Origin: Antedon mediterranea
Lineage: Eukaryota > Animalia > Echinodermata
Length of the DNA: 64,000 bases
Assembly: GCF_964355755.1 (NCBI RefSeq)
Contig: NC_092674.1
Coordinates: 27,900,001-27,964,000, forward strand
Reading direction: 5' to 3'
A program made the translations under genes and the position numbers. Below the pieces are notes generated by a model. It did no database searches. It worked only from the letters and a program-made list of their open reading frames with translations, and was not told the origin of the DNA. Shown piece by piece: positions 24,374 to 37,500 of this stretch (positions within the stretch are counted from its first letter, which is position 1; every line of letters starts with the position of its first letter).

Positions 24374-25505
24374 AGTAAGTCTTTGTAATGTTCTGATAAC
24401 ATTAACATTTTTGTAAAAGTAGTCCTATTTAATACAGGTGTAAGATCACTATAATAACTTGGAGAAATCAAGAGGATTGACTGTTTTATCGGCGTAGTAA
24501 GTGAGATGGCGTCAGATGACTGCCGGCTGAGCGAAGCAGTTTGGAAGGCTTGGCGCCCGGTAGCGGCATTAAGATTGAAATGCGGATCGAGAAGCCTACG
24601 AGGGCCTAGATGTGGGAGGTGTAAAAAACACTGTTAATGCTAACTGTGTAATAAAATACCTAGCCTAGGCCTAGTCTATGTGATACTGTATGTTTATTAA
24701 ATATAGGCCTAGGCTAGGACTAAATAGAAAATAATAATAATATTTTTTAAAAAAACGGTCTTGTTGCTTCTTGAATCTTGTTGTTTACTTTCTAGGCCAG
24801 GCCTAGTTTTCATTGTCTGTTATTACTATTATGCATGCAAATTATCTATGGAATCTACACTTATACAAGGCCATATACCACCAATAAAATGACCTAGGCC
24901 TACACAGTAATAATAGCTAATAATAGGCCTAGATAGGCCGGATCGATCCAATAGGCCTAGGCCCCAGGCCTATAATAAAATAAAGAATAACATTGCATTA
25001 CTATAAAATTATATGTGATTAAATTAATGGTGGTTTGTGGTAGGCCTATTTCAAAATATTAAAAACAACTTTAAAATACTTTTATAATTTTTATCGACTA
25101 TCGTGAGTGTTAGTAAATTATTCCTTTTTTTGTGTTACGAAATAACTTCAATTGAATTAAGTGAACGTTCATCTGTTGTTAAATAAAATATTAAATAAAT
25201 TGTTTCAAATTGGCCTACTGTAAATGGTTTTCTAAGTTGTAGATCTTTTTCTGAGTGACCATCGCTTGAAATACTGTATAGTTTCCAGCTAATTACAAAA
25301 GTAATCTGAAAAAAAAACCAGTTATATTAAAAATATTAATCGTTTTCCATCAAACTTTATGTGACAATAAAATATTAAATGCCCATACTCAGTATATAGA
25401 AATGATGATGTCATACAGTATCACACTACCATATTTAGTTCAGTACTATAGCAATCTGGAAATACTAATTTGTTTTGTAAAAATAATTATTATATTTCAG
25501 GGATC

Positions 25506-28500
25506 ATGACTCGCACAAAGGGTCATAGATCAACGGCACGCATTGTCTATCCATCAGGAGTAAAGGAATTAACCTCTGACCTCTCCAAAGATGAACTTAT
25601 GAGACGACTAAAGGTAAATTAATGTTGAATAATGTTTATTTAGTAATAAAATGCAGGCTGACTCATTCATTGATAGAAAACTGTTATTGTTGATAAAAAG
25701 AAATCAATATTGTTGTTTTATTTTCTAGGCCCTTGCAAGGGCATTTCAAGATATGGAGCAGGAGGAGGAGACGGATCAGTACGAACCCCTAGCACTTCAT
25801 CTGGTGAATGACATGTTCTTTAAACATCCTAGTAAAGATGTGCGACTTCTTGTGGCATGTTGTCTAGCTGACATTTTCAGAATATTTGCACCGGAAGCAC
25901 CATACAAAACCATGGAAACTTTGAAGGTAACTTTTTGTGGTACAGTCTTGTGGTCAGCCCAGTTACCAGCTGTTCCTAGACTGGACTCTTTTTCTATACC
26001 CTTTGTAGGTTTTGCACAAGGTATGATAAAGTGATTTCTATGAGTCTTCCCATCCATGCTGCTGTTGTCTTCAAATTACTCCAGGAAGAACCATTTTTTT
26101 GATGTCTGTAGTTTCCTTTGTCAGCTGTTCGTAGACTGGCTTCTTTTCATCTTCCATTTATTTGTAGGATTTGGTTTGTACAAGGAATAATATAAATATT
26201 TGGAGGTGCTCTTTACCAAAAGGTCTCACAGTAATACTCAAATCAATATAGGTGTAATTATTTAAAATATTTTTGTAGAAATTCTAGGGGGTGAGGGAGC
26301 ATACAATTGTTTGTAAGGTCTTTTATTTGTCCATGGCAATCCTTAAATTACTGTCAGAAATATTGCAGGGAAAAATTTCGCCAGTATCGCATCGCAAATC
26401 GCGACACAAAATAAAACAATTGCTACGCAATTACCGAAACGGATCGCATGTTTTCGCGATACAACAATGTCCAATAATATGAACAACGGCTAGCTAATAA
26501 GCCTAGGCCAGGTTTTAGGCCTAGGTAACTAGTGTGCGGCCGTAGTCTAGTCTAGACATCGCAGGCTCTTCTGAAGCCTCCGAATTTTAGTCAAGAACCG
26601 TCACTTACGTTGTTTTGTTTATTTCATCAAAAATTAGTAGGCCTAGGCTAGAGATATAATTATTTTTTGTAAAGATCGAAGACCTAGGCTAGGCCTACAT
26701 CGTTATGTTTTTACTTTTCAATAATTGAGGGCAGCAAAATGCATGCCGTGTGCAAATTGCTTGGGCGAATTGTGACAACACACGATTCCTGCTCGTGATG
26801 AATGTTTGGTATGAGGTTTGCATTCGCTGGCTTGTCAAACGCGTGTGTGCAAGCGCAGGTCATTCAAACTGATACAAAAGGTAATTGCCTTATGTTTCGT
26901 GACGTTTACAAGCGTTTGTATAGTAAAATAAATGTTATTAAACATCAATTAATTTTTTAAACTTTATTACTGAAGAGAAAAATAAAGAAATAAATAAGCA
27001 TACGTCTATTTTGTGTTTATTTGTATTGTTTAGTTTAATACCTACCCTTTGCCATAATACATGAAACCAACAACATACATTCTGTTTTTCTGTGACACTA
27101 CTCTCTTCTTGTGGTTCTGTTGTTATCTCAACATGGATAAATTAAAAATTAAGAAATCTGTTCGTTTCGTAACTGCTCAGAAGTGGCAGAAAGAAACCGA
27201 ATTTAGAGCGTGGCTTAAGCTGGAAAGTAATACGAATGGTGAGTACCTTGACAAGATGTGGTGCTCAGTCTGTGCTTTGCACGTCAATAAAATAAATAAA
27301 TACAGAAACTATAGTCCGGCATTTGTAGACGGCATAAGCGATCAAAGCGCACTAAAACGGGACCAGGTTACCAAACATTCCAGGTCTGAACAACATCAAA
27401 GAGCCATGAATATGGACAGTAATCCATTTAGCCGTGCCCAACTGTACACTCAAACTAAAATTGGAAAGTCGATGGCCAAAGGTGAAACGGAGGAACGAGA
27501 AAAGGTACAAAAACTCATGGACATTTGTTACATGATGGCGTTGGAAGAGATTCCGTTCAGTAAGTTTCCTCGTATTGCCCAGCTGGAAATACGACACAAA
27601 GTGCCACTGGGTCAAACATACTTAACAGAGCCTAAGTGTAGGGAATTCTCCGAAATAATTGGAGAGGTAATCGAGAATGAAACCCTTAATAAAATCAAAG
27701 AAGCAAAGTATATTTCTATTTTATCAGACGGCTCTACCGATGTGTCAAACCTAGAAAAAGAGCTAGTATATGTCACTTTCGCTACAAATGCTGAAGTATC
27801 AACCAAGTTGTTATCAATTAGAAATATTAAATATGCTCATGCCGAAGGTTTGACAGAGCTCCTGCTAGATGTAATGAAGTGTGCTGGCATAGACCCCAAA
27901 AAGCAACTTGTGGGCTACTGTGCCGATGGAGCCAGTGTTAATATGGGGCGTGTCAACGGCGTCGCAGCTCGTCTCAAACAGGACGTTCCAGTACCTTGGA
28001 TGGTTGTAATCCATTGTGCAAGTCACAGGTTGGAGCTTGCCATTAAGGATGCCTTTAAAGGTGTCTCGGGTATCGACATGGTAATTGATATGCTGCAATC
28101 AATTTATTACCTATATGAAAAAAGCAGCAAGCGACTCAGAGAACTGAGAGTTATTGGAGAGGTAATGGAGGAAGCCGTCTTAAAACCATGCAAGGCTAAC
28201 GGCACAAGATGGATTCAACACAAAGCAAGGGCCTGCTCGGCACTTATACAGAATTATCAAGCTATTGTTGCCCACTTGGAGGCCCAGGGAGCAGACAACT
28301 TTGATGTTCCAGCTGCCGAAAAAACCCGTCTAAAAGGATACCTGAAGATTCTTAAAAGCCTGAAGTTTGTCTTCCACCTTCTATACATGAATATTGTGCT
28401 TGTGCCATTATCACACGTTTGCCGTAACTTCCAAAAAGGCAGCATCGATTTGTTACAGGCCACATCATGTTTGGAACAGCTATCCACAACGCTTAATCAT

Positions 28501-31500
28501 ATTGTCAATGACAGTACTGAAAACATCGCTACCATGGGTCCACTTGGTGACCTAATCGTACGGGCGGACGCTGATCCTGGTAATGCAACATACAAGCTTG
28601 TCCGACTTTCCAATGGCTCACCCGCAGTTGTCACGGCCTTCAAAAATCAAATGGTCGTAATTGCCGAAAAAATAATGGAGTGCATGTCCATTCGATTCAG
28701 AGACATTGAACATGACAACAAAATCAAATGCCTCAAATTGCTTGACTGCACGCTGTGGCCCAAAGACAAAGACCAGCTATCTAGTTACGGTATTGATATC
28801 CTGGACACATTCATTGACGAGTTCGCTGATCTATTATCTGCAAATCAGGTAAACACTGACAACTTGCAAATTGAATGGGCTAATTTCAAGCACTTCTGGT
28901 TGGAAAATCTTGCTCATCTGCCCAGATCAGATTTGTGGAACACCGTGACCAAGCATTATGCTGACGTATACCCTAATTTGATTCATGTCATCAATGTGTA
29001 AATAGTCTTCCCAGGTATAGTTGGCCTTATTATTACTGTTATTTCACAGACCGATATACTAAAGTAGTAATATTAAGGCATTCCTAATATCTTCCAAAAG
29101 GTAAGGGTTTTTTTTGCTGTTTTTCAGTTTCGAATGCTGTAGTCGAACGTGGATTTTCTGCTATGGGTCGCGTGAAAACTGACCACAGAAACCGTTTAGG
29201 AGAGAAGACCTTGGAGCAGCTGATGCGAATCAATTTAGAGGGAGACAAGCTTGAACACTTTAACCCCACACTCGCAACAGATCGATTTTTTTCTTCTGTG
29301 CGATACCCAAACCGCCAACCCTATGGAAAGCGCACAATGGATGACCCTGAAGGCGATGATATTGTTACAGCCAAACATGCCAAATAAACTTGAATACTGA
29401 TCAGATGATGTTAATTTAATAGTTAACATCCATATGTTGTGTTAAATTTTCTGTTGAATTATGATGATCAATAAAAACATTGAGTATTGTTTCTTGATTT
29501 AATAGTTAATTTTTGTTTATTTAAAACACATTTATTTGAATCAAAACCTCCACGACGGACGTAACAACGGTAAAATTTAGATTTTAAAAGTCGGAACATT
29601 TAAGACGATCCATCCAGTAAAACTTATCGTAAGGGCACTTCTGTTGAACATTATAAATTAAGACGATCCCCAACCCATTCGTTCCTTCATCATGGGGCAT
29701 GCATCACCTTTCACGCGATACGGTAAATAATGCTGTGCGCCGAAGCGTAACCAACAGAAATAACATATAGCATCGTGAGCACACCTGCATTTTCCGAGGA
29801 AGCAAGTTACTTAAATAAACATATTTAACTCCAATCCATAACGAAATGTTGTAGTATGAACATACATTTTGCACATATTATGTATGGTATGTATGTTCAA
29901 CCTTGTAATAAAAGCAAAAATATGTGTTGGTTTCGACCAATGCTGTATTGTGAGTTAGGCTAGTTGGATGCATACCAATGCATGATACAGCAGTAGTACA
30001 GGTAGTCGGGGTACCTTGACGCACCACACACATTTCATTTAAGCTTAGTCCAGGAAGAATGTTAGGCCTACTGGTATACTGCTGGCCTGCACATCGGATA
30101 ATGCGCGACGTTTTTAACTTCGAATTTTTTAAGTAATTACCAAATTGGTATATAAAATACAATAGAAAAGATGGTTACTTTTAAAAGTATAAAACACTAA
30201 AATGTGTTTTTGTTAACTTACTACATACACAAAAAAATTGCTACACAAATTGATTAAATTGCTAATCAATTTTCAAATTGATTAGCAATTATTGCTATTC
30301 AAAATTTTTCCACGAAATTTTTCCCTGTATTGCTAAAATTTATAAAATCTATCTTTTCAGTGTATCTTTCGTTTCATTACGAAGCAGTTTTGGGGTCTCG
30401 AAAATGTTGAAAGTTCGTCATGGAAGCGCAATTTCTATCTTTTAGAGAACGTCGCAATGGTTAAATCGTACAACATATGCATGGAACTACCGGATTCTAA
30501 CGAAATATTTGTAGAATTGTTTAATGTGTTTTTTACAATAATAAGGTAAGATCTACTGTGAAGCTCTGTATACACTATCAACTAGTTGTACCAAATATGG
30601 TACTGATATGCCCAAAAATGGTACTAATATGCCCAAATATGGTACTGATATTTCATCATCATGTCCATATATGGGCACATCACATTTTATTGTCGGGTAA
30701 AGTTTGATAGTGTAGTCAAGGCTTTAGAATTTGTTAAAAACTGTTTCTAGTATATGAATAATTAGTGTTGGTGGTATTTAATTGAATTTGTCAGTATTTT
30801 AATGGTAGAGTAGTGTAAGCTTACTATTCAAAATGACCAGGTTCAAGCAACTTCATGTCCTCTTAATAAACAATTTAATTTTGTTTAAGGAACAACTTTT
30901 TCACCCATTTAATTCAAAATTATTTTCAGTGACAACCACGCTTCAAAGGTCCGTACATTTATGCTGGATATCATGTGTCCTCTGATAAGCGAAAATGATG
31001 CAGTAGCCTCCGAGTTATTGGAGCGAATCTTGGTCAATTTGCTAGACTCGAAGAAAATTGAAAACCCAAGTGCTTTCATTCTAGCAAGGGACCTGATTAA
31101 AAGGACCGCTTCCAGTATTGAACCATCCATCCAAGTAGTAAGTACACTAATCCTAAAGTTCTGTCTGCACTATCGAACAAGTTTGACAAAAAAAAGTGTG
31201 ATGTGTCCAAATATGGTAGTGACATGCTTAAATACGATTGTGATAAGACATGTCCATATGGGCACATCACATTTTTTATCACATAAAGTTTGATAGTGTA
31301 GACAGAGCTTTACACAAGAATTGTCAATGCAATCCCTACAAACAAGTAAACTACTACTACTGCATTCTTCTCCTCTAAAGCTCTGTCTACACCATCAAAC
31401 TGTATGCGACAACAAAATGTGGAGTCATATCACTACCACATTTGGGTATATCAATACCATATTTGGGCACATCACAATTTTGATACGGGTTAAGGGTAAC

Positions 31501-34500
31501 GTCATATCCTTCCTGCCATTTTAGGCTCTCTCTTCTATCCATGACTGTTGCTCTGTGTGTGTGAACTAGAACTGTTCCCCGTACTTGTCTAGAAAGATAC
31601 GCTTTCACACAAGCAATTGTGTGTACATTGGATCTATAGCTGGTAGTCCTTGCCCAAGATGACTTGGTCTATGACCAGAACATGGAGTGAGTGAGCTGAT
31701 AACCCATGCCAGAGTATTGTGGCTCCACTGTCTAAACCGTTTAATTTCTTCACTATATTCTATAGCCAGGTCTATTTGTAGTGAATCATTGTGACCATGC
31801 TGAGTTACTAACAGTAATTATAAATTGTATCTCTTTTTTTTATTTATAGTTATTCAATAGCATATTAATTCTTGGCAAGAAAGATAAAACTGAGCTTGGC
31901 CCGTACATGTACGAACTCATCTATCAGCTTAACCAGGTTTCAAGTAATATACTTCTGTCTGTTCTACCTCAGCTAGAACTTAAGCTAAAAGTAAGTATGT
32001 TTGCTTGAAATTAGTGAACTATGTTTTGTTTGTTTTGTATTATTTATTTATGCTGGGTAACCTCTTCAGTTAAAGACTGGTCTCCCAGAGGGCCCAGTTA
32101 TGATCAGTAGCTTTTACAGTAGATTACAGACTGAATGACCTTTGAACTCTTGTTACAGAGCAATGATGAACGAGAGAGATTGAGCGTTACTAAACTTCTT
32201 GGCAAAATGTTCTCTGATAAGGATTCAGATCTAGCTACTCAACACAAACCACTGTGGAACTGCTTTTTAGGAAGGTGGGTAATAAAATAAATGAAATATT
32301 TAAAAATGTCAAAAATATAAGATTTCCTTTAAGTAGTAATCGTATTATGACGTTGCACGTTGAAACACTGGTTCTTGTCAGATCACCGAAGTTGAGCAAC
32401 GTTGGGCCCGGTTAGAGCTGGGATGGGAGACCATATGAGAATATGCAGGCCTTGAGTGCGATCACTCACCTAACACACTCCTAAAATCTCCTTGAGGAGT
32501 GCGATTTACAGCACGCTCAAATTTGGTAAACTTCTACACGCTAAAATACAAACAAAATACAAACAACACACCTACAGCGCCCCTACAGGTATTGAGGAGT
32601 GCAATTTGTAGCACACCTACAATTTTCAAAAGACAAGCCTGCTGTTTATATAAAGCTGGGGTCCCATCAGGCAAATCAGTCCCTGGATCTAATATCTTCT
32701 GCTTAATGCCTTTCCTCTGGGCAAGGTAGGCCCTTGATCAATGATAAACAATCATTCTGACTATATCTTATTTTGTAGATTTGGAGACATCAATATAAAC
32801 GTTAGACTTCAATGCGTTCGTTTTGCTAGTCAGTTTATATTGTATCATCCGTATCTTGTTCAAGATTTAACCGGTAAGTACAATTTGAATAATTCTGACA
32901 CTACCATGATATGACTTACTTACTGGGGTAAAGTCGAAAACGAAGCTTATTTGCTCATCTTCATTTCATTTAGCGTTTGGGCCAGACCCCTCTGTAATGT
33001 GTATGTTTATTGATGTTTATTCATTAGTCAGTTTTTAATTAACCTGTTCTGTTGTTATCACAGAAAAATTAAGTGAGCGTGCTCACGATGCTGAAGAGTC
33101 GGTGCGTCAAGCCGTGGTCGTTAGTATAATTACAGCTGCCAAGAAGGACATGACTAATGTGACCGATGACCTCTTTAATGTTGTTAGGGAAAGAACACTT
33201 GATAAAAAGGTAAACAAGTAAAAAAAAAATTCGCTTCAATACTTATATTGAATAAAATAATTTTCTTTTTTTGATTTACTCTGTATATAACCCCAGTCTA
33301 AAGCTCTGCCTACACTATCAAACTTTATGTGACACAAAAATGTCATGTGCCCATATATGGGCATGATGTCATATCACTACCATACTTGGAGGTATCACTA
33401 CCATATTTGGGCACATCACACTTTTAAAACAACATAGCTTGAACAAGAATTTACTTTAAAATGGCTAATTATATTTTATTTTGCTTATAGTGGTCAATAC
33501 GTAAAGATTCTATTCTGGGCCTAAGCCACGTCTACAAGAAATGGTATTACAGTACGGATTCTACTAATGCTGACAAGGTCAAGCTGGCTTGGATTAAGGA
33601 TAAAATATTGCACATGTACTACCAGACTAATATGGATGATAAGTATGTACTAATTGATGTTTTATGAGAGATAGCTCGGCAATTGCAGAATAAAACTGTT
33701 GCCGGAAATAAGTTAAATGCATTGTAGTCCGCCCTCTAGCCAATTTATATAGTCTCATTGTTCTAATGACATCCATTTGAACATGTTTTTTTTTTCAGGT
33801 TGTTGGTCGAAAGAATATTCACGGTATCACTTGCCCCGTACACTCTGGAAAACAAAGAGAGAATGAAACGAATGTTTGAACTTTACGCTACGGTTGATCA
33901 GCATTCTGTGAGAGCTATTAACGAATTATTGAAAAATCAATTCATGGTGCGCACTCATTTACAAGGGCTGTTGGAACTCTATGAACAAGAATCGGATGAG
34001 ATCAGAGCTAAAAAGATGTTTACAAAACTTATTGTTATAAGTAGTACGTAGCTAATTTGTGTTTGTAAAATAGAGATATAAAGTAGTAAATATAAATAAA
34101 AATAAATACATTATAAATAAATAAATACTAGAGTCAACTAGGCGATATTGAAATGAAAAACCACCATATACTGTATGTGTTGAAAAATATTCTGAATGGA
34201 CCAATGACATGTAGCCAAATTTGATGGTCCCTCTCGATAGTTTAATGCTTTTTGTTTTGTTTTTTCAGAGTGTTTACCAGACCCAACTAAAGCGCAAGAA
34301 CATTTAAAACGGTTACGTGAAGTCCTGGATACCGATCAGAGAATTAGGAAATTCTTGCAGATTATTGTCAGTCCAAGTGTTACCTGTAAGAGGGCGCAAC
34401 AGGCAGTGGTACGCATGATTTCGATTTTAATATTTAAATTGGAAATCCTAAATTGAGAATTGTCTCATAGGTTCCAAATTATAAATAATTACTTAAAGAT

Positions 34501-37500
34501 GTATTGTCCCTTGAAACACAAAAAATGAAAAAAAAAAATATTCTAAATTTAAATTGGCCATATCAAAGTAATATTAAAGTTATTCACTTTAAATCGAAAA
34601 TTCAAGCCAAAAACAACAGTTTACGTAATTAACAGGTAAATTAATTAGATTACATTTCGTCTGAGAAATCGTCGCAAGTGAAAGTAAACAAAGATTTCAA
34701 ACCATGAGTATGCATGATGCTAATTAGGATTGTTTACAACTTGTCACGGTTGAGAAGGTGTTTTCACACAGATCGCGAGGAAGTTTTATGATTATGCATA
34801 CAGAGTAGCCAAACAAGCGCATTGCATTATGGGATATGTTTTGATTGAAAACTTTGACTGGAAGTCAAAGTTATTTTTTGAACAAAAAAACATCTGTATT
34901 TCGGTTAAATTATTTTTTTTTTTGACTAATTTTTGGTGAAAGTTAAGAAATATTGTGATACTTAAAAATGACCCACTTTTTTTCGAAATTAAAAAAAAAA
35001 AATTTTTTTGGAATTAGTCAAAGGGACAATACACTACAACTATACATTGCAATTGGTAATTTGAGCAATAAGTTTCATGTTATTATTCTTGTTTGCAGAA
35101 AGAAATTATGAAGAAATTTGGTGACCCTGCCAACCCGTCGGCCATGTTTGAAACAGTTCAGAAGTTGCTTGAGCGTAGCGCGCCATTTACAATAGACAGC
35201 GAGGCTGTGAAATCACTCATCGAATATGTAGCGAAAGAGGCATCTGGCCAGGGGGATGAAATCAGTGGCGAGGCGGAAGAGGGCGCTCTTGTAAGAGGCC
35301 TACAGCTTTTACAAGTTAGTGGTTTGATTATTTTTATTTTTCTCGTTATTAAAAACACATCTAATAATCATATAATTTATTGAATTACAAGCTAAAGCTT
35401 GGTTCCCACTAGCGACAGAACCTACAAAAATGCATTTGCAATAATTGTGTTTTCCCCCGCCTGCTTGAAATCAAACCTGCGATGTTTGCAGCACTATTGC
35501 ATCATCGGTTCCCACTTGTGATTACGCAATAAAGCAACTTCAATACGTTGTTGCGTTCTAGTAGGAACCACACTTTAATAACCATAGCATCCTTTTTTCT
35601 TCAGACTCTTTCTGTGATATTCCCAGCCACATTCAAATCTGAAGAAACGTACAATATTTTGATCGAGTTGCTCGACAGCGTTGATGATATGGTGTCCAGC
35701 GCGGCACTACAGGTTCTTATCAACACTGGTGACGACTTGGAAGCGTCTTTTCCGAATTCAGCACAGTACGTTTTTCAAATTTTGTTATTAATTATTCTGT
35801 TAATTCAATTTATGACCAGTTACCTCCATAATTTCCAATAATTTAAACACTTATTTTTTCCATTAGAAAATTGATACCAGTACTTCAGACTAGAGCAAGA
35901 GAGGGCACCCCAGCTGAGGCCAAAAGGGCTGTTCTGTGCCTCAACAAAATACTGGCAGACAAAATAGGAGCTTTTAAAGTTTTATTTGAAGTAAGTAAGA
36001 AATGGTTGGAATACAATAGAGCCTCTTCTTTGCATCATCCCTATTCAGGTGGGAACACCCTATTATGGAGACATTTTGCAAACACACTATTATTGAGATA
36101 TTTTGCAAACACACTATTAAGGAGACACTGTGCTGTCTCCCAAAAGTGTCCCCCCTAGTAGGGGTTCTACTGTATTGCATGAAACTACTAAGAGAAATTT
36201 ATAGTTTTTTATAGTAATTTCAGTATAATTTATCTTTGTAAATTACCACTGTGTTGATCTAGACTTCCACTCATAAATAAATTTAGCTTTAAACAGGTAT
36301 AAACTTTAACCTTCTCCCCACTTGCCTCTGAGCCTGCAAAACATAAATTCATAATAATACAAATATGACACAGCATTTTCTTAAGCTCTGTCTACACTAT
36401 CAAAGTAGTTTGACAAAAAGAGTGTGATGTGCCCAAAAATGGTAGTGATATTACATCATCATGGCCATATATGGGCACATAAAATAAAATTTGATAGTGC
36501 AGACAGAGCTTTACTTATTTCTAAATACAGGATATGAAAGAGAAAGTAAGCCTTGACAATGATGATATCTTGACCACGCTGACAACGTTAGGCTTAATAG
36601 CCAAATGTACCCCTGAGCATTTCAGCAGCCCTATGAAGAACGTAGTGGCAGTGAATGTAGTGAAAGGCTTACTGATGTTAGATAGCACTGAGGGTACACA
36701 CAGCAAGGGTATATGGTGCCCAGATGATCAAGTGTGTTTGGAGACACAAGCTAAGGTAAGATCAACGATTCATCATACCATATTGAACTGTATTAGACGA
36801 TCTGTCTACACTATCAAACTTTATGTGAAAAAAAGTGTGATGTGCCCGTATATGGTAGTGATATGCCCAAATATGATACTGATATGCCCAAAATATGATA
36901 CTGATATGCCCAAAATATGATACTGATATGCCCAAATTTGGTACTGATATGCCCAAATATGATACTAATATGCCCAAATATGATACTAATATGATACTGA
37001 TATCATTGTGTACATTTATTTTTTGTCACATAAAATTTGAGAGTGTAGACGGAGCTTAACATAGATGTATTTATTTATTTGTCCAGCAAACAATGCAGAA
37101 CATTATAGAAAAATAAAGACATGAATAACTAAACTAAGCAAACAAAAACAAAATTAACTAGAGGGTACTCCGAGAGTACAAACCTCCGCCTACTGTAAAA
37201 TTCCCCTGCATAAAATGCCCCCTGAATATTTTTTTTTTTACATTTTTTTTTATTAGCTCTAAGTGTAAATATGTTAACTGCACACTACAAAGTTGTGGAT
37301 GACAGTGTGGTGTAATGGTTATGTATCCAGCCTCTCAGAGTTGAGATCGCTGGTTCAAGTCCCACTGAGGGTTTTTTTTTTTTTTTTTTTATCTTTGACC
37401 CTGACCCTTCAAAATTTAACCACAATTATATGATGTGTCATTGATCATTGTGGCTAAGTTTGGTGAGAATCGGATCAAAACTGTGGTCTCTAGGCAGTAA

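Noticed and set aside
25960-26190. Diverged ~160-bp duplication in PDS5 intron 2 as a snoRNA pair
   Set aside because: No convincing C/D or H/ACA boxes were found by eye.
27061-29001. Domesticated host gene (ZNF862-like)
   Set aside because: Intact TIRs, a TSD, a cognate MITE and a nonsense codon before the catalytic Glu indicate a transposon copy.
32356-32450. Functional 5S rRNA gene
   Set aside because: The 5' and 3' ends of 5S are missing, there are several substitutions and no T-run terminator.
37301-37372. Functional tRNA gene
   Set aside because: The acceptor stem does not pair convincingly, and the segment is embedded in a repeat element.
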